Shown in pieces: positions 48,739 through 49,535 of a DNA stretch of 49,535 nucleotides. Both the position numbers and the translations under genes were made by a program. Positions within the stretch are counted from its first letter, which is position 1; each line of letters begins with the position of its first letter. Below the pieces are notes generated by a model. It did no database searches. It saw only the letters and a list, made by a program, of their open reading frames with translations, and was not told where the DNA came from. Origin of the DNA: an uncultured Mycobacterium sp. (lineage in GTDB: Bacteria; Pseudomonadota; Gammaproteobacteria; UBA4575); assembly GCA_964196535.1 (NCBI GenBank), contig CAXMUG010000076.1:1-49535 (forward strand), given 5' to 3'.

Positions 48739-49294
48739 GCAGACGGCACATCTCGGCGTGCTCTGCGTCGGTTGGCAGGCGTCCGGCCTTCGCGTCCTCC
48801 AGTCCGAGGACCGAGATCAGGATGGGGCTGATCGGAACGTAGGGCACGATGTTCATTGCTTTCGGCGTGCGTTCAACGCTATCCATATATTCTGGGAACG
48901 TTTCCCAATCCCACGGCATCCCGGCTTGCATCGACGCCAACGGTATCGCCTCGACCCGGGTCATCGACAGCATTGAACGTTCACGCGCCTCCGGCGCCAC
49001 CGGCGCGAAGCCAAACCCGCAATTACCAATGACGACCGTGGTGATGCCGTGCCAACTGGAGATGGAGCAATAGGGGTCCCAGAAAACCTGCGCATCGTAG
49101 TGCGTATGCAGATCGACGAAGCCCGGGGCCACGATCATGCCGTCGGCGTCGAGTACCTTCGTCGCGCGGTGCGCTTCAATATGGCCGATCTCAGCGATGA
49201 CACCATCTTTGATCGCGATGTCGCCACGATAGCGCGGCGAGCGCGATCCATCAATTACCATACCGCCTTTGATCAGCGTATCGAATTCTGCCAT
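48683..49294 (-). CDS. N-acyl-D-amino-acid deacylase-family amidohydrolase, N-terminal ~200 aa only (truncated at the junction)
   Basis: From ATG 49294 (AAGGA RBS) the frame reads MAEFDTLIKGGMVIDGSRSP...APGFVDLHTHYD...GITTVVIGNCGFGFAP, the D-aminoacylase-type metal-binding N-terminus. Family members are about 480-580 aa. High GC. Confidence 0.7.
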   Translation of the reverse strand: MAEFDTLIKGGMVIDGSRSPRYRGDIAIKDGVIAEIGHIEAHRATKVLDADGMIVAPGFVDLHTHYDAQVFWDPYCSISSWHGITTVVIGNCGFGFAPVAPEARERSMLSMTRVEAIPLASMQAGMPWDWETFPEYMDSVERTPKAMNIVPYVPISPILISVLGLEDAKAGRLPTDAEHAEMCRLLNESMDAGACGWSAQRLP

Positions 49295-49535
49295 GGGTTC
49301 AGTCCTTATTCGGTTATCGAGATGCGGACCCACGATTATCCCATGGCGTAACCGCTGGGCAAAGATGCGCTCACGAATTACCCTATATCTGTAGAGGCCG
49401 AGGGCGGTAATGCGACGGCGTAGCGTGCTGAGGCGGAACGACGGTGGATCCACGTTAGCTTAACAACGCCCCCCGTGAGCGCAGTTTAGCGATTTCCAAT
49501 GCGTTATTTGGCGGTTCCGGTGCGCTCGATTGGGG

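Noticed and set aside
48758-49351. Three + strand ORFs (72-100 aa) in the GC-rich terminal segment
   Set aside because: They lie antisense to the clearly conserved amidohydrolase frame. Long spurious ORFs are typical of GC-rich DNA.
49455-49535. Open minus-strand frame running in from the window edge and ending at TAA (49455-49457), possibly the 3' end of another GC-rich gene
   Set aside because: Only about 27 codons are visible and there is no recognisable motif.

Overview
This window is about 48.7 kb of AT-rich gammaproteobacterial core chromosome. Its gene order repeatedly matches Pseudomonas-type synteny blocks: argH/algZ-algR-hemCDXY, lptM-lysA...dapF-DUF484-xerC, hslVU, ubiE-ubiJ-ubiB, thrB/polA...engB/cytochrome c4-dsbA, and comM-ubiK. 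The last ~0.85 kb is a compositionally foreign GC-rich segment. I found no tRNA, rRNA, CRISPR array, IS element, transposase or phage gene. All protein calls come from reading motifs by eye, because no database search was possible. The most notable items are listed here. (1) A candidate sigma-E-type promoter drives a short structured sRNA with a C/U-rich anti-Shine-Dalgarno loop, in the polA-engB gap where Spot 42 (E. coli) and ErsA (Pseudomonas) reside. (2) A translationally coupled 10-gene Mrp/Mbh-like membrane module in the order E-F-G-B'-B-C-D-D-x-D has three antiporter-like subunits and no canonical MrpA. (3) Three conserved genes carry clean lesions. algZ has an in-frame TAA with an intact downstream frame that still overlaps algR by ATGA. 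A GAF-domain gene has in-frame TAG and TGA. comM is reduced to its first 17 codons fused to its C-terminal ~130 codons, with an additional poly-A frameshift. (4) A near-consensus sigma-54 promoter with two NtrC-type sites lies upstream of a TorF-family porin gene. (5) An abrupt composition break occurs at ~48.69 kb. It truncates both the porin gene and a convergent GC-rich D-aminoacylase-family gene, so it is either an assembly chimera or a very recent foreign insertion. A lipoprotein gene (LptM/LppL-like, 49 aa) below the ORF-track length cutoff is also called.
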